Source: Chrysomallon squamiferum (Eukaryota > Animalia > Mollusca). Taken from it: a stretch of 64,000 nucleotides of DNA. Under the pieces are notes generated by a model. It was not told the DNA's origin. It saw only the letters and a list, made by a program, of their open reading frames with translations, and did no database searches. Shown here in pieces: positions 1 to 13,900 of this stretch. The DNA is taken from assembly GCA_012295275.1 (NCBI GenBank), contig CM022665.1:11470001-11534000 (forward strand), read 5' to 3'. Both the position numbers and the translations under genes were made by a program. Each line of letters opens with the position of its first letter. Position 1 is the stretch's first letter.

Positions 1-308
1 GGAAAATGCATTTGAAAATACGGATTTGTTAAAATAATTAATTTGCACTTAAATGGCTTGTGAAACATTTGTTTAATCCAGATATCTTTATACATTTTCC
101 CTTTCACAACCACTTAATCAGTAATTTAATGCATTGTGATATTGGTATTGACAGATAATGCTGAATTTGTTAAATATTTCTTGTTATAATAAGATCATCA
201 TGATACAGATGTTGTCAGTAAAGATAAATGATTTAAAATAATTTTAAAAAACCACTAATTTCTAAACTGATTACAAAGTGTATTTAGTCATGAACTTTTG
301 TTTTGTAG

Positions 309-2035
309 AAAGAACAAATAGAGAAACTGCAAAGAAAAATATCAGAACTTTCACAGTAAGTTTCTTTTCTTTTTTCTTTTTTAAATTTTACTTTTGATAA
401 TTTATGATTCCTCTGTCAGCCTGATGGACAACCTGAAAATACTGTATAAATACTGTCTAGTTAAAGTTAAAAGTATTTTTTATCACTGTATTTATTAATA
501 TTCATATAATCCATTTCTTTAATTCCACATTAGAAAATTTGCTTTTAATTCAGTAAAGTGAAAAAAAATGAAAATCAGCCTAATTATATTTTAAGAAATA
601 ACTTACAATTATTTTCATAGTATTTTTCTTTCTTTCTTTTCTTTAAACACTGGTTTGTTATTTTCAGATATTAACAAAATGTTCATTTCAAGGGTAATAA
701 AACCAAAAAACAGTTAATGATACCTTCATGTTTGATCATGCTATATATTTTATTCTAATTTCATTTTTTTATATATTTTTTTTTTTTTTACATGACTTAC
801 AGGCAGACACATATTTGCCTAAAGCAGAATTTGTATCAGATCTTGCAACCTTCAGTTTTGTATTTTATTTTCAGAGTGGTTGAAGATGCTGCCTGTGTTT
901 TTCCAACAAAATATCAAAGTCCAGAAAGTCCAGGTAAATATATTGATATTTAATGAAAAACTGCATTTTTAACTGTGGTACATGTTTATATAATGAAATA
1001 ACTTTTTTTTTCTTTTTTCCTTTTTTTTTAAAAGAGCATATTAAATAATTTTCTATCATTTTGTATTCAATGTATTTCCACTGAGGTTTTTTTTTTTTTT
1101 AACACCTTAATGAATTTTTCAGAGAGATTTAATATTTCTTAATAATATCATTATTTGATACAAGTACTTTATTTGGGTAGCAGTGTTATTTAATGTAATT
1201 AAGTTACATATTTTATTGTTTTAAATAAATGTATTTATTTTAATTCTACATTAATGCATCTTTCATAGGGATGTAATACTGCATAATAATATCTTTGTTT
1301 CATACCAGTACTTTATCTTGATAGCATTATTTATTGATGTAATTAAATTATATATTTTAATTTTTATAGTTATTAGCTTTTGTTCTAAATATTTTTTTCA
1401 GAAAAGGTGAAGATTTGTTGTAAGTATCTGAATGGCAGTGAAAAGTCACGGATATTCCTTCTAGACAGTGGACGTCTACAGTTGGAACCAATCAAACAAG
1501 CTTTCGGCCTGGCTACTGTGGAACTTATTATTGGTAAGAATATTAAATTATATACACCCTTCTCATTAATGTTTCTAGTATAAGCTGGTTTTAGTTTCTA
1601 GTAAAAAGGAAAAATAAAAATGCTAGCTATTTACCAGTAATACAGAATTGGTGGTAAGAAATCTTAGTTTAACAATGAACTGTTGTGAGTAGACCAAATA
1701 ACTATACAACAGTGATGTAAGTACAGCATTAAAATTATAAATTCTGAATGACTGGTTACTGTCTTAAGATATCAGCTTTATCCTGTGAAGGTTAAAATGG
1801 GACATATTTAGCAATAAAAATGGCAAAATATTATTCTTAATGCATATGTAATACAAATAAGTCCTTTGATTTGAGAAGGATGAAGCTGATATCTTGCCAC
1901 CGTTTTGCAGTGATTACAGGATATATATATATATATATATATATACACTGAGTGATGATTTTTTGACAGAGCTTTTGATAAACTTCCACGAAAAGATAAA
2001 CAAATAAATATGTATTTAATTTGCACACACTTATG

Positions 2036-2080
<45 letters not shown>

Positions 2081-2271
2081 TAAGAGAAGAAAAGTAAAAC
2101 TTTGAAATGTCCTCAAAAGTAACCATGTACATTAATTTTTCAGATGGTGAACCATGTGTGTTGGGTATGAACATTGATGGTTACATTCCAATGAAGTTTA
2201 GTCCCTCGTCGGTCCTTCACATCACTGGTTTGTCCTCTTCTAGCAGCTTGTTAATTAAAGAAGAAACTTGA
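309..2271 (+). CDS. 3' part of an unidentified multi-exon gene (5' end outside window)
   Basis: GT-AG exons 309-355, 875-933, 1402-1533 and 2144-2271 (TGA 2269-2271) join in phase: KEQIEKLQRKISELSQ-VVEDAACVFPTKYQSPESP-EKVKICCKYLNGSEKSRIFLLDSGRLQLEPIKQAFGLATVELII-DGEPCVLGMNIDGYIPMKFSPSSVLHITGLSSSSSLLIKEET*. An alternative reading of the first exon plus a micro-exon at 668-693 is also phase-consistent. Family not recognised. Confidence 0.7.
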
Positions 2272-2632
2272 TTGTTATCTATTGCTCATTGTTGTTTTAA
2301 TGATTAATGTTTATGAAGGTATTCACAGTAACTGTAACATGAGCATAGTGTATTGTTGCACTAAGTTATTTTATTTTATTTTATTTTTTGATAATCTTAG
2401 TGCAGTTGTGCTGTTTTTATACAAGGTATTTCATTAGAAATGTCTCTGATATTGGAACCAGAAAAACCCAATTGGATGAACAAAAGATTTTACCTACATC
2501 AACACATCAAGCCTCAGACAACTGTCTAATATAGTTAATTTGATAGTCATAAAAACTTTAAGAATTAAACTAAACAATTAAATATAATCATAGACTTCAA
2601 ACAAAGTCTAAATTATATATGTATGTTAGTGT

Positions 2633-2668
<36 letters not shown>

Positions 2669-5600
2669 TAGTGTGAACAGTATAGGCATGTTTTAGTTTT
2701 CAGTATCTGATTGCAAACAGCCTGATCTCAGATTTCACTCTGTTTTATGTTTTATAAAGTCCCACATTTGTTTATAAGCTTGTCATAATTTTATTAGTTG
2801 ATCTAAACTGATGGGAATTGGTATCTTGTAGAATAGATAATAAAGATTTTGTATTGCTTATCAAAAGCATTGGTCCTTTTAATTGTTGATGATTAAATAA
2901 AACTTGATATTGGAATGAAAACAAATTAGTGTAATGTTGTTATTTGTAGAATGTAATCAAGCATTCAGAGTTGCAAAACTTTGTTGGAAATATTTAAATT
3001 ACTTGATTTTAAATATAAATCAAAATATTATTTCTTTTAGAGCACTTTATTTTATACAGTTTTTCAGTAATTTTGTGAGTGTTTAGAAATATAATCATGT
3101 TATTTATATAATTTATCATTACATAATCATATATTCTTATAGATAAGTAGTAGTAAATTTAGCTGAAAATAACTATTTTATTTTTCTAGTTCTATAGAGA
3201 AATTTATCCATACCATTGTTAAAATTGCATCTCAGATGACTGGACAAGCAACCAAAATGCATTTCATACATATCTAAATGTTGTTTGTTACTGGACACAG
3301 TTATGTAACAAGATGAAGGAGATAAACAGAAGTCATTCCATGCCCAATAATGTTAAAAGTGGAGAGACTGAATAAAGTTGCTAAATCTATATCTTTTAGA
3401 CATTTTTCAACATTTGCCGATTCAAAAGAAGATGCATTATCCTGGGATTGTTACACTTTTTTATTAGCAAAGATTAGTTGTCTCAAATAAAACAGTTGTA
3501 TGGAAAGTTCATAAAATGTGTTTAGGCTAAGGTACATTTAAGATGGAATTAGTTCATCATTTTCTATTAATCAGGATTTGAATTAACCCCACATCAGTAA
3601 TTCTGTTAGAAACTTTTTAATTAATATTATCAATTCTAAATTACTAACCCACTGTATATATCAAAAGACATTATTTTTATAGTGAAAATTTTCTAATATT
3701 TTTATCAGTTTAATGTTTTAATTTATATAGTTCATCTTTCCGTTTAAGTTGTAGGTACCATCTTGTTAAATATATGTATCTTGTGCAATTTTATTTTCTT
3801 ATAAATGTTTCTGTGACTAATAAAAGATTACAAATAACAAATTATCAATTTATTCTTTCAAGTTTTTATTATGACTGAATCAAAAGTAAAACAGTACTTC
3901 AAGTAACATTTTATGCATTAAAAAGGATAACTTTTATAATTTGTTTTTGAATAGTTAAAAACAATGTAACAAATAAACTGAAAATATAATAATATATTAA
4001 ATTAGCTGGCCATACTGCTAATAATATTTATGTATATTCATACATAGATCCGTTTCAGAAGACACCGGCTTGATTATATAACTGGACCAAAAGAACTAAA
4101 TTTAATGGCCAATAGTTATAAATGTTTATGCATACTCTTCACATTAGTGTACATAGTACACAAGGCTTTAATTTACAGTACTGAGCAAAAACTGTAAAAC
4201 AAAGTACTCAAATTTTAAACACAACTTGCAAGAAATGTTTGTATGAGCATTTCCTTCAGTGCTAACATGGTGATTATAGAAATATTAAAAAAAAAAAAAA
4301 AAAAAACAAACACCAATTCCTTTAATTTCTAATAAACTTGTGACTGATTTCCTTCATTTCAAAAATGCATACAAAGATTACACGACAAGAAAATTTCCCT
4401 TATTTTCTGTTCACTGTTGCATATAATTACAATTCAAATGCTTCAAATTAAGTTTTCTCACAATTGTGACTATCTTAATGTTTTAAAAGTAACATTTGAA
4501 CTCTATGGCAATTTGTTCTAATATATACCACATTGCTAAAATTTAATACTGTTAAAACTGGAATGAGGAAGTCAAAGGCAATACAGGTGTCAAAACATTT
4601 AATTTATCTGGTGAACATAACATACATTACAGGTAAAGTCAAACTTGATCTAATGGGCATATCTATACAATAGCCACCCTGAAACTTTCTTTATTTGACT
4701 TCTACAGAACCATCACCTGTCCATTTTGGTCTGTGGCCACTAAAAAATAGGGTCTGAAGGTGCATTAGAACAAAATAATTTACACTGTCTGATTATTGCA
4801 GTATTCCCAAAGGCAATAGTCCATACTGTCATCTGGGCATGATCATTGTTTGCATCAAGGAGCAAACATTAATGAATTTAGTTAAGCTGGTATGCTTTGG
4901 TAAATTACAACTGTCGAGCAATATGCCATTGAAAAATTGTTCTGCCTTCACTTTAGAACAAGTTAGAAGTCTGAGAAAGATTGTGTAAGTGCTTGAAAGA
5001 CAGCAGACCAATTTGGAGTGGGCCCCATTCAAATTGATGGCATTTTGAAAATAACATGGCAAGAACAAGAAAAAAAACAGAAGAAGGCCAATGGCAATGG
5101 AAAAAATGAACCTGTTTTTCTGGCAGTGTTTCTATGATGTAACATCACATCGCATAAACCACAGTGGTGTGATTATTTCATTATATTAAACGAAAAGAGG
5201 ATATTAAATGTTTTAATAAATACAGTTACTTAATTTCTTTATGTTCTTTTTCTTTTATTAGGGGTATTGGAATTAACAAATGAAATCAAATTATTAACAA
5301 CAGTTAATGAGATTTTATAGTGAAACATGTTAGGTTCTCAACTGAATATTTTGGAACATTTACATATGTCATCTGTCTGTAAATGTGTAATACCCCTTTC
5401 CGCTGGTCCTTTGAATGGTATATACAAATTTGACTGTATTCATTTTAGGTTACCATAAATTAAATAATCTGACAATTATCAATTACTAAGTTGGGGTTCT
5501 TATGTTGTTTTATTTAATAATATTTAAAAATTAATTAAAAATAAAACATTCTTCTTTAGAAATGTAGATCAGTGTATGACATTTATATCATAAATGATAC

Positions 5601-5699
5601 AAATACATGCAAAATAATGCTGTTACTGGTTTAAATGTTAAAACATCTGTAAATATCAGCAGAAATATTTCTACCTGAGTATTAAGAACATGTTGGTTG

Positions 5700-8410
5700 C
5701 TATGGCCATGAAATCCTCTTTATTTTAATTTTCTTCGTTGGTGTATCTGAGGAAAAAAAAAAATAAAAAAATAAAAAAATTTAAAATGTTAAATAAATCT
5801 ATAATCAGTTAACATTTTTTAAAGTAATAACTTAAATTTTATTCATAAAGACCAAATATTCATCCATCATGCATGTTTACTGAACAAAAATTCATAAATA
5901 ATTAGAAACTTAAAAACAAAATAGTCATCAAAACAAAAAAATGTTTATAGTGTACTTTAATACACATTCAGAATGTTTTAAAAAAATTTTAAATATATAT
6001 TTATTTAAATATCAATGTTTACTAATTTAATATATTCATAGAACAATCTTTAAGACTAGACTAAATGCTCTTAAATGTATTTGTGCTGACATGAATAAAT
6101 ACCCTAAAAATATTCTCTATGCTTTCACTTAATGAAGTAATGAAGTATCACAAAATAATAAATTTACATAGATATTTCCTTTTTTTTTTCTTTTTTTTTC
6201 GGTTTTCTTTTTTTTTTTTTTTTTTTACTAATTGGCGTTTTTCATCCTTTGTTTTGTTTGTTTGTTTGCTTGTTTCTGTGATAAACACATCTGTACACAT
6301 CAGCAGAGTATTGTTTTGTACAATGTGAGTAATTTTATCACCAAACAAGAATCTATATTAGTATATACTTCTTATTATAATCTTATTATTGTCATACTTA
6401 GTTATTTTGAAAGGCTGATGGTGACTAGAACACAATAAATTAATAGAATACAAAATGTTTTAAGGGATAGTCACAGTGTTTCTTTTTTTAAATTTTGGGG
6501 TTTTTGTTGAAGGGGAGTATTTTTGTTTTTTGTTTTTTTGTTATTGTTGTTGTTCAAACAATCAACAGAAAATATCACAGAATGTTTTATGCCACTAGGC
6601 TATATTCAGTACAGTAATAACATCTTCACATCTGCAGTACTCTTTTAATTAACAGAATATGATAAAACATTGATAAAAGGTTTTTTAAATTTACCTGTTT
6701 TTCTTTTTGTTCCTCTGAGTTAACAATTTTCATCTCCACATCGTTGCAGCCATTTTTTGCATTATTTTTGTTTTCTTCACTGACTGAAGCTTTCAGACTT
6801 GTATTAATATGAGCATTTTTCAATTTAATGATTTTATTTAATGATGTGGTCTTCTTCAATTTTTCCTGCTTTGCTTCAGTTGGTGCGGATGATGAATCCA
6901 TTATTATTTTGACAACTTTCTTTTCAAACACTGCTACTGAATTTGCTGTGTTTGTTGTATCTGATGGCACTTTTGGTTGTGAATTAAGCTTTACAACTTT
7001 CCTTTCAAAGTTGATACAGGATGGTGGAGGCTTCAGTCGACTCTGGGTGGAGCTAGGGTCAAATGAAGACATGAACCGACTCGAGGTAACCTCACTTTTC
7101 TTCCTGTTTAACCAAAAAAGACAATATTAACAAAGGTCAAATGCTTAAGGATATAAATAAAATATAATTTAGAAGTTTTTATCAAGACAATAAAACACAA
7201 ATAGACACTGAGACAAGCTTAAGAAAGTCAGTAAGGTAATGGATACCTTATAAACAGTTGTTTGAAAAATAATACAAAATGCATTTAATATTTTAAGTTA
7301 TATAAGGTACACTTTAAGACAAATTGTATTTCATTACTAATGGAGGAGGATATAAAAATACTAATTTTAATTGTTCTAGTTAAGATGTATTCCAGTTCTC
7401 AACCAAATAAATTCTTAAATGTCAGTATATGAAAGAACTGTATTTCAACTGAGATAAATCATAAAAGTTATATTTTTAAATAAGGATTTTATGGAAAATA
7501 TTTGAATAATAATAAAACATATAGAAAGAAATTTCTAAAATTATAAATAAATAAATAAATAAATAAAAGATAACAAAGGCTATTTTATTCATGTACTTTG
7601 CAGGAGGTTCCCCATCATCTTTAGATTCAAGTCTTCTTTTCTTGGCTAGTATTATCTGTTTCTTTGTCATCTCTCTGCCTCGTCTGTTTGGTCGGTATTT
7701 GCGTTGAGGTAATGGAATAATGTATTTATAGTACAGATCAAGAAGATCTTGTTTGTCCATCTCAGCAAGCTTAGCATCTTGAATGTACCTCTGTAGAAAA
7801 TAAATATCTATTCTATATAATACTTTTAGAATTTTCATTAATATTATAATAATGTTATAATTATATACTTGCATGTTACCAATATACCAATTTTAAAAAT
7901 ATATATTAAAAAAAAAGCTGAAACTAATTGCCTTTATCAATTTACATATGTTTTTAATTTAGTTATAATGGTGTTAAAATCCTTATCATTATAATATATA
8001 TTTATAATATTATTATTTGATACATTGATAGTCAAATATACTGACTGAATGTCTGATTATCGAGTGAAAATGTCATTGTCAATGCATGAAGATGTGGCCA
8101 CATTTGCTATTATAATATTTATAAAATAATATGACTGTTGTTAAGAAATTGAATAAAGTAGCGTTCATTATTTAACGCAGTCTGCAAAAAGCGTATTAAT
8201 CTAAAAATAGAACGAACTACCAAGATTATGATCGAACAATTTCATTACCCCCACCCATTTTTCTAATGATGAATTCAATGCATCAAATGATATATTTTTC
8301 CTATAGGTGCATAAAAAGATTTGTACCTGACTTAAAATTAATATCAACCCCTCTTTAGTTAATAATTCAGGATAAAGCCAGTCAATTTCTGTAGGTATGG
8401 AGGCTGACAT
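5700..8410 (-). CDS. C2orf49: Ashwin (subunit of the RTCB tRNA-splicing ligase complex)
   Basis: Exons 8327-8410 (MSASIPTEIDWLYPELLTKEGLILILSQ), 7597-7790 (RYIQD...DLYYKYIIPLPQRKYRPNRRGREM), 6695-7103 (RLKPPP) and 5700-5746 (TPTKKIKIKRISWP*). The motifs PELL, IPLPQR, RLKPPP and the terminal xxWP match Ashwin. The last junction is one base out of phase (see findings). Confidence 0.9.
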
Positions 8411-9295
8411 TTTGAAACGTCCGCAACAAATATCAAAATGATACTAAAAACAAACACAAAAAAATCAATCTTAAACCGTAACGATGATTATATATTTTTT
8501 TCCCCGTTTATATCTTTAGAAAAGATTACAAAGCAATATAAAACAAAATTAAAAATTAGATAATAGATAATAATTAATAATAATAACAATGACGAACAGT
8601 GCCAAAAATGTCTACCGGAAACCTTTAAAAAGACTAATAGGGTAGGGCCCACATAATCATAAAACATGGTCAGAGGGATCTGTCATTTTCAAGATGATGG
8701 ATCGTTACTTTGGGGCCCATCGGGAAATTGTCCGATATCACAGTGGGCCAGTCTGTTGATAATTATTACTGTTTCTTATTTATTTATTTATTTTCAATTA
8801 CTTAATTACGTAGTATTTATCGTCAATATTACGATAACATTTTCTACTTTTAAAAAGTGATAGCATGTCGTGAACTCAATCTACAACTATAATACATGTA
8901 TTAATTAGTGTCCAAAACATGAACAAGATTAGACATTAAATTATATTTGTAGTTTAGTACAAACATAATATTTCATTAAAAAATAAAAGTAAATTAAGAA
9001 AAAATTTTTATATAAATCAGATGTCATGTCAGTGATAAATATGTGATTCTTCAAATGAATTTTACAATATATATTTTTATATTTGTATAGTGTTGTGTTT
9101 TCTTATACAAATATGTAAATTGATTGGCGAACAAACTTCTAAAAATAGAAAAGTGACGCTTGCATACCACGTGAACAACAACAACAACGCGGAAGTTGTT
9201 TAATGTGTACGGGTGTAAATGTGTTAAACGTTTTAACATAAATTATGACTATTATTCATTCACTCACCAAAGGTCACAAATCAACGTTTTCGACA
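8411..9295. promoter_or_regulatory. Probable bidirectional promoter region between Ashwin and PARP4
   Basis: Divergent ATGs at 8410 (-) and candidate 9296 (+). Locally more CpG than flanking DNA. ETS-type motifs ACCGGAA at 8614-8620 and GCGGAAGT at 9189-9196. Confidence 0.55.
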
Positions 9296-9328
9296 ATGAA
9301 AGAAAGACAACCAGAAAAGCTAGAAAAT
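9296..9328 (+). CDS. PARP4: Candidate PARP4 first coding exon (MKERQPEKLEN)
   Basis: ATG at 9296, 33 nt, donor GTAAGC at 9329. Phase 0 matches the ATG-less BRCT exon at 12437. It lies just downstream of an ETS motif. Confidence 0.55.
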
Positions 9329-10928
9329 GTAAGCTGACAAAACATAAAGTATAATTATAATTATAAAGACATTTCAACAGTTGTCGTATAAAGATATTCA
9401 GTATTGTATACCATTTTATGGAATAATTTTATTATATTTTAAACACTTTTATATGAGAATTTTTTCCTTTATTTATACTACTACTAGTACAATACCGAAA
9501 GATTTCTCTCTGTTTCAAATCACTATAAAAAACATTTTAAACCCAACCATGGGCGTGACCACCAACCTTTGAAACAAAAAATATTACACCCAGGAAACTT
9601 TTATATGTTTTAGTTAACATGTGGGAGATTAAATTTCAATAAGGGTCAGCAATTATTATTGTATAAATACAGTAACATCTTGCTTAACGATACCACGCTT
9701 TAACAATCTTTCTTCTTTACAAATTATATAAATAGAAATTTAATTTAATAGTTAATTGCTTGAAATAAATGATACAAATGTATACAGTGCATGTTCTTAA
9801 GTCCTTTTTCTGAATTTTTCGTTCATTCACGACCTTCTCTCAGTTTTGTTGATCAGTTGACACGTCATATGTGCATCTGATATTCTGATTCTCTTTTGTC
9901 TTCTGCTTCGATTTAGACTTAAACTTGTTTGTAATTTACCCTTCCAATATGTCAAAATGAGTAACAGTATACTGGCAAATGCTGATGATAAAAGAAATGG
10001 AAGATAATAACTTTAGAAACAAAATACATTATCTTAAATGAAACCAAAACCCACAATGAGCGGCATATACTTATTTCTTAATGTATTTGTATAAATTGAT
10101 TTGTAAATGATTTACTGTTTATTTAATATCTACAATCTATTAAATCATTTATGTCTAAACTGCCATTTTATTTCTCCTTATTTCACCTTTTTTTTAATGT
10201 CAGATCTCATCAGTAAGAAAGTAACCACTGCTTTTAACCTTAATTCAATGTAAATTAGTCTCCCGCTTACCTCACTTAATTATTGGAAGTTTTGGAACCA
10301 ATTACATCTTTAATCTGAGGTATTATTGTAGTATGGATATTGCTTATCGCATAAAGTATGCAAATTTGACAAATATTGAAATAATCTATGTATCGAATAT
10401 AGTGAATGTAAATAATTAAAAAAGAAGGTATTTATCTAAAAGTATTCCCAATGATTTGGTCCTTCGTATAAACTTTTTCAGTCATAGCCAAAGTATTTGC
10501 AGGTCATAATATCTTTAGTGTACACACTATTAATATACTATGTCACATATATTGTATAATATGTGCACAATCTGAATATGTATGTGTGCATAACGTAAAT
10601 ATGATCAGTAACAGATATCTTGTACATGTTTAAGCTGAATACGGTTGAATTCAAAAAGTTAATGATAAATGTAACGTTCAAATACTCTATTTACTGAATA
10701 TAAGTAAATTACTCATATGTAAAATATGTTTTGTTAAAAATTATATTTGCTGAATTAGTTATTTATAATATTTTTGTCGTATTCTCTTACAGAAGCAAGC
10801 CATTTTTCTTTTCTTTCATTCTTTTTTCGTTTTGTATTTTAATAGATAGATGAAATTGATGTAAAATTGTTTATTATTGGTTGCTTGTTTTGTAACGGAA
10901 ATGAAATGTTTATGAATTAGAAATGACC

Positions 10929-10968
<40 letters not shown>

Positions 10969-13900
10969 ATAATAATAGTAACAGTAATTATAATAAGAAG
11001 AATAAGAAGAATAACAATAATAATAATAATAATAACAACAATAATAATAGTAATAATATTATAATAATAATAATAATGTTGATGATGATGATGATGAGAA
11101 GGAGGAAGATGATGAAATAATGAAAAAGTAACAAATCAACAACAAATGAGTTGTGAATGCTTATTCTGCTTTTGGTTGATGTTACATAATCAATTTAGGA
11201 ACAATGCGCTCCCCCTCTGAATGTTAGAAAGAAACCAGATGTATGCACAGGCCAAGTTCATTATATACAGAGGTAATCAGGTATTGCTGTAAACCAGGTT
11301 TTTCTACGAAATGGGAATTATACGAACTGGGAATCTACCAGATGGGAAGACACCGGTTCTAGGTATGATCAGAGATAAGATCTTCTATAAAGTATATATA
11401 AGATAGCACTTTAGTTCACTAGAAAACACAACAAAACACAATACACTTTGGAATCTGTATTAACCCTAAGCTGACAAATATATCTGCCACAGTTAAATAT
11501 CTAACAACCCAGAACTACTCACTTAATTAGTTAATCACTGGGTGTCTAGTTTACACAATATTCTAATCACTTCACCTTGATACAACACATACACAAGTGA
11601 TAACTGAGAAACGCAGCCAGGTGAACTTAATTAATAAAGGAAATACAACTCTATTCCTAACTGGTTAATTTTTAATTAACCCTTAACTACTCATTCAGTC
11701 ACCTTGTAATACAGAATTAATACTGGTACCTATCACAATAAAGACCATAACCTACGGTTTACCTATGTCCTATAGATGACTAGCTAAGCTTTAATAATTT
11801 TAGACAGTGAAGCTTACAATTTACTTCATCTTAATAATTTTGGTATAACAAAGTATTAAAATATTTAAGTCACATCAATCACATCAAGGTTATACAACAG
11901 AGCAGAAAATATAAAATTAGCAAGTCCTGTTGGACTAACCTTCCCTGGCGTGGTCTGGATGTCTCTCCACTGTTTCTCTCTAAATACTCTCTATTTATTA
12001 CAATTTAGAATATTGCCTCGGGGTACAAGGCAGTACCAAATACCTACAAGTGATATTTCCACAGCAACCCTGACAGCATATTTTCTAAGATGGTCAGACT
12101 TGCTGTCGCCAGATCGCAGACAATACCCTGGTAGTAAACAGAACTAGCGGATGTGTTATGTAATTACTGGCCATATGGCCTTCACATGTTCTACTTGTGT
12201 ATTGGTGGGGGCTGTCTGGAAGAGGCTTTATGTAACAAAAGTGCCCACTAAGTCTAAGTGCATAATGGGACTGCACTCTGCCCTCTAAAACAATTAATAT
12301 TGCCACAGGCAAAAAGAAATTAAGAGCATGTTCCATCACACAAAAGACAGTTGTACTGATATGGTAATGTACCACAGTAAAACATGACCCACCTGTATTT
12401 GTTTCAATATTTATTTACTTATTTATTTATTTACAGATAACTCTAACAGGAGTTTTCAGTGGATGTCAGATTGTTCTAGACCTCACCACAAGTGTGCCAT
12501 TCAAAAAGAAGTTGGAAATAAAGAAGAAAATAATTGAAAATGGAGGAATTGTATCATTCATTGTTACAAAAAAGGTATCATATGATGATGCACATTACAC
12601 TGCCATCAAAGTTTGTCATGATCTGTTTGTGAAATCTTTTCTGTGGAAAGGTTGATGACAATTATTCCTTTGCTGCTAATGTAAAAAATAAAGTTGGCAC
12701 AGTGATTTTTTCATGTTATAATCTTTACACCAAAAAACCCAAAGAACAATATAAAATAAAATTATGAAAATGTTATGAAGCGTTATACTGATTTACTGAA
12801 CATAGCTATATTTTTAAGAAATATTAAGACTGTCAATTAAATAATGTATATCAGTACATATTATTTTGATTTATGTTGTTATTTTATCAGTCAACTCATG
12901 TGGTTGGAAATGACCCATGCAAGTTTGATGTTTCCTACAAGTGTCAGATGGCTGTCAAGTACAACATTCCAGTGATCTCCCCTGAATTTATATGGGATGC
13001 AATAACAACAGGGAGACTGCCAAATCCTGATGATTACATAATTGGTGGTAAAAGCAAAAAATCTGAATTCAAATCTGGAAAAATTACAGGTGTTTATATT
13101 TCATAACACTTAGAAAAGTTATTTTATTACAAATAATTAAAAGCTTTTTACATTAATAAGATGGTAAATGTTAATATCAGATAATCCAGTTTCAAACATT
13201 TCACATGTCACAGTAAAACTATTGTATCTGGTGTTTGAAAGTTCTAGGCATTTGGTTCTTTTTCTCTGAGAAAATACATGTGCAGTATCCTTTGCTGGTA
13301 TTTTATATTTCACAAAGTAGCAGCAAAAAAAGGATTCCTCTCTCATTTTACCCTAATACAAAAATTATGTTATACAGTAAATGTTAACGGTAAAATGTAC
13401 TCAGGTGTAATTAAATACTCTATATATGTGTTTGCTGTAATCCTGGTCTGTTTAACATCTTCAGTACATGAGGTGACAGTTATGACTTTGACTTCCTCTC
13501 TGGTACTGTATTTATTACACTTTTATCAGATCCATACAATTCCTTGGCCTTGTCTGCTCCTACCATCATTCAAAGTTTTGTGTCAAACTGCTATATCCAC
13601 CTTTGTAATGAAGAAGCTAGACTATATTCATACAGTGATTTATTTGTTTAGATTGAATATGATAATAAAGAATATAATTTGGATCCATTGCAGACAGAGA
13701 AATCTGTATAATCAACTGTATTAATTTTTTTAATTTTTAATTTTTAATCCAGCATCTCATCCTAAAACAGGTGAGAAGAAGAAGGCTAATATCTTCTTTT
13801 CTGTCAGAGGTACAAAAGTCTGGAAACCATATGATAAAGATGCTCCATTCTTTGATGAGTTTTCTTTTGAAATTGCAAAATATGCAGCTTTCCAGGTAAA

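Noticed and set aside
4628-5440. Possible degraded pogo-type MITE ends (also 8640-8755 and 9668-9710)
   Set aside because: Only single or very decayed TIR-like ends; matched termini and TSDs could not be established.
6228-6290. Extra Ashwin exon bridging the phase mismatch
   Set aside because: The candidate lengths (47 or 62 nt) end in phase 2, create a stop at the next junction, and consist largely of (AAAC)n.
6828-7130. 100-aa plus-strand ORF
   Set aside because: Antisense to Ashwin exon 3. The same applies to 15000-15248, 21784-22047, 23748-23981 and 62967-63194 opposite real exons.
13278-13724. 148-aa hydrophobic ORF in a PARP4 intron
   Set aside because: Non-ATG start, no recognisable motif, no phase-compatible splice sites needed; the flanking exons join without it.
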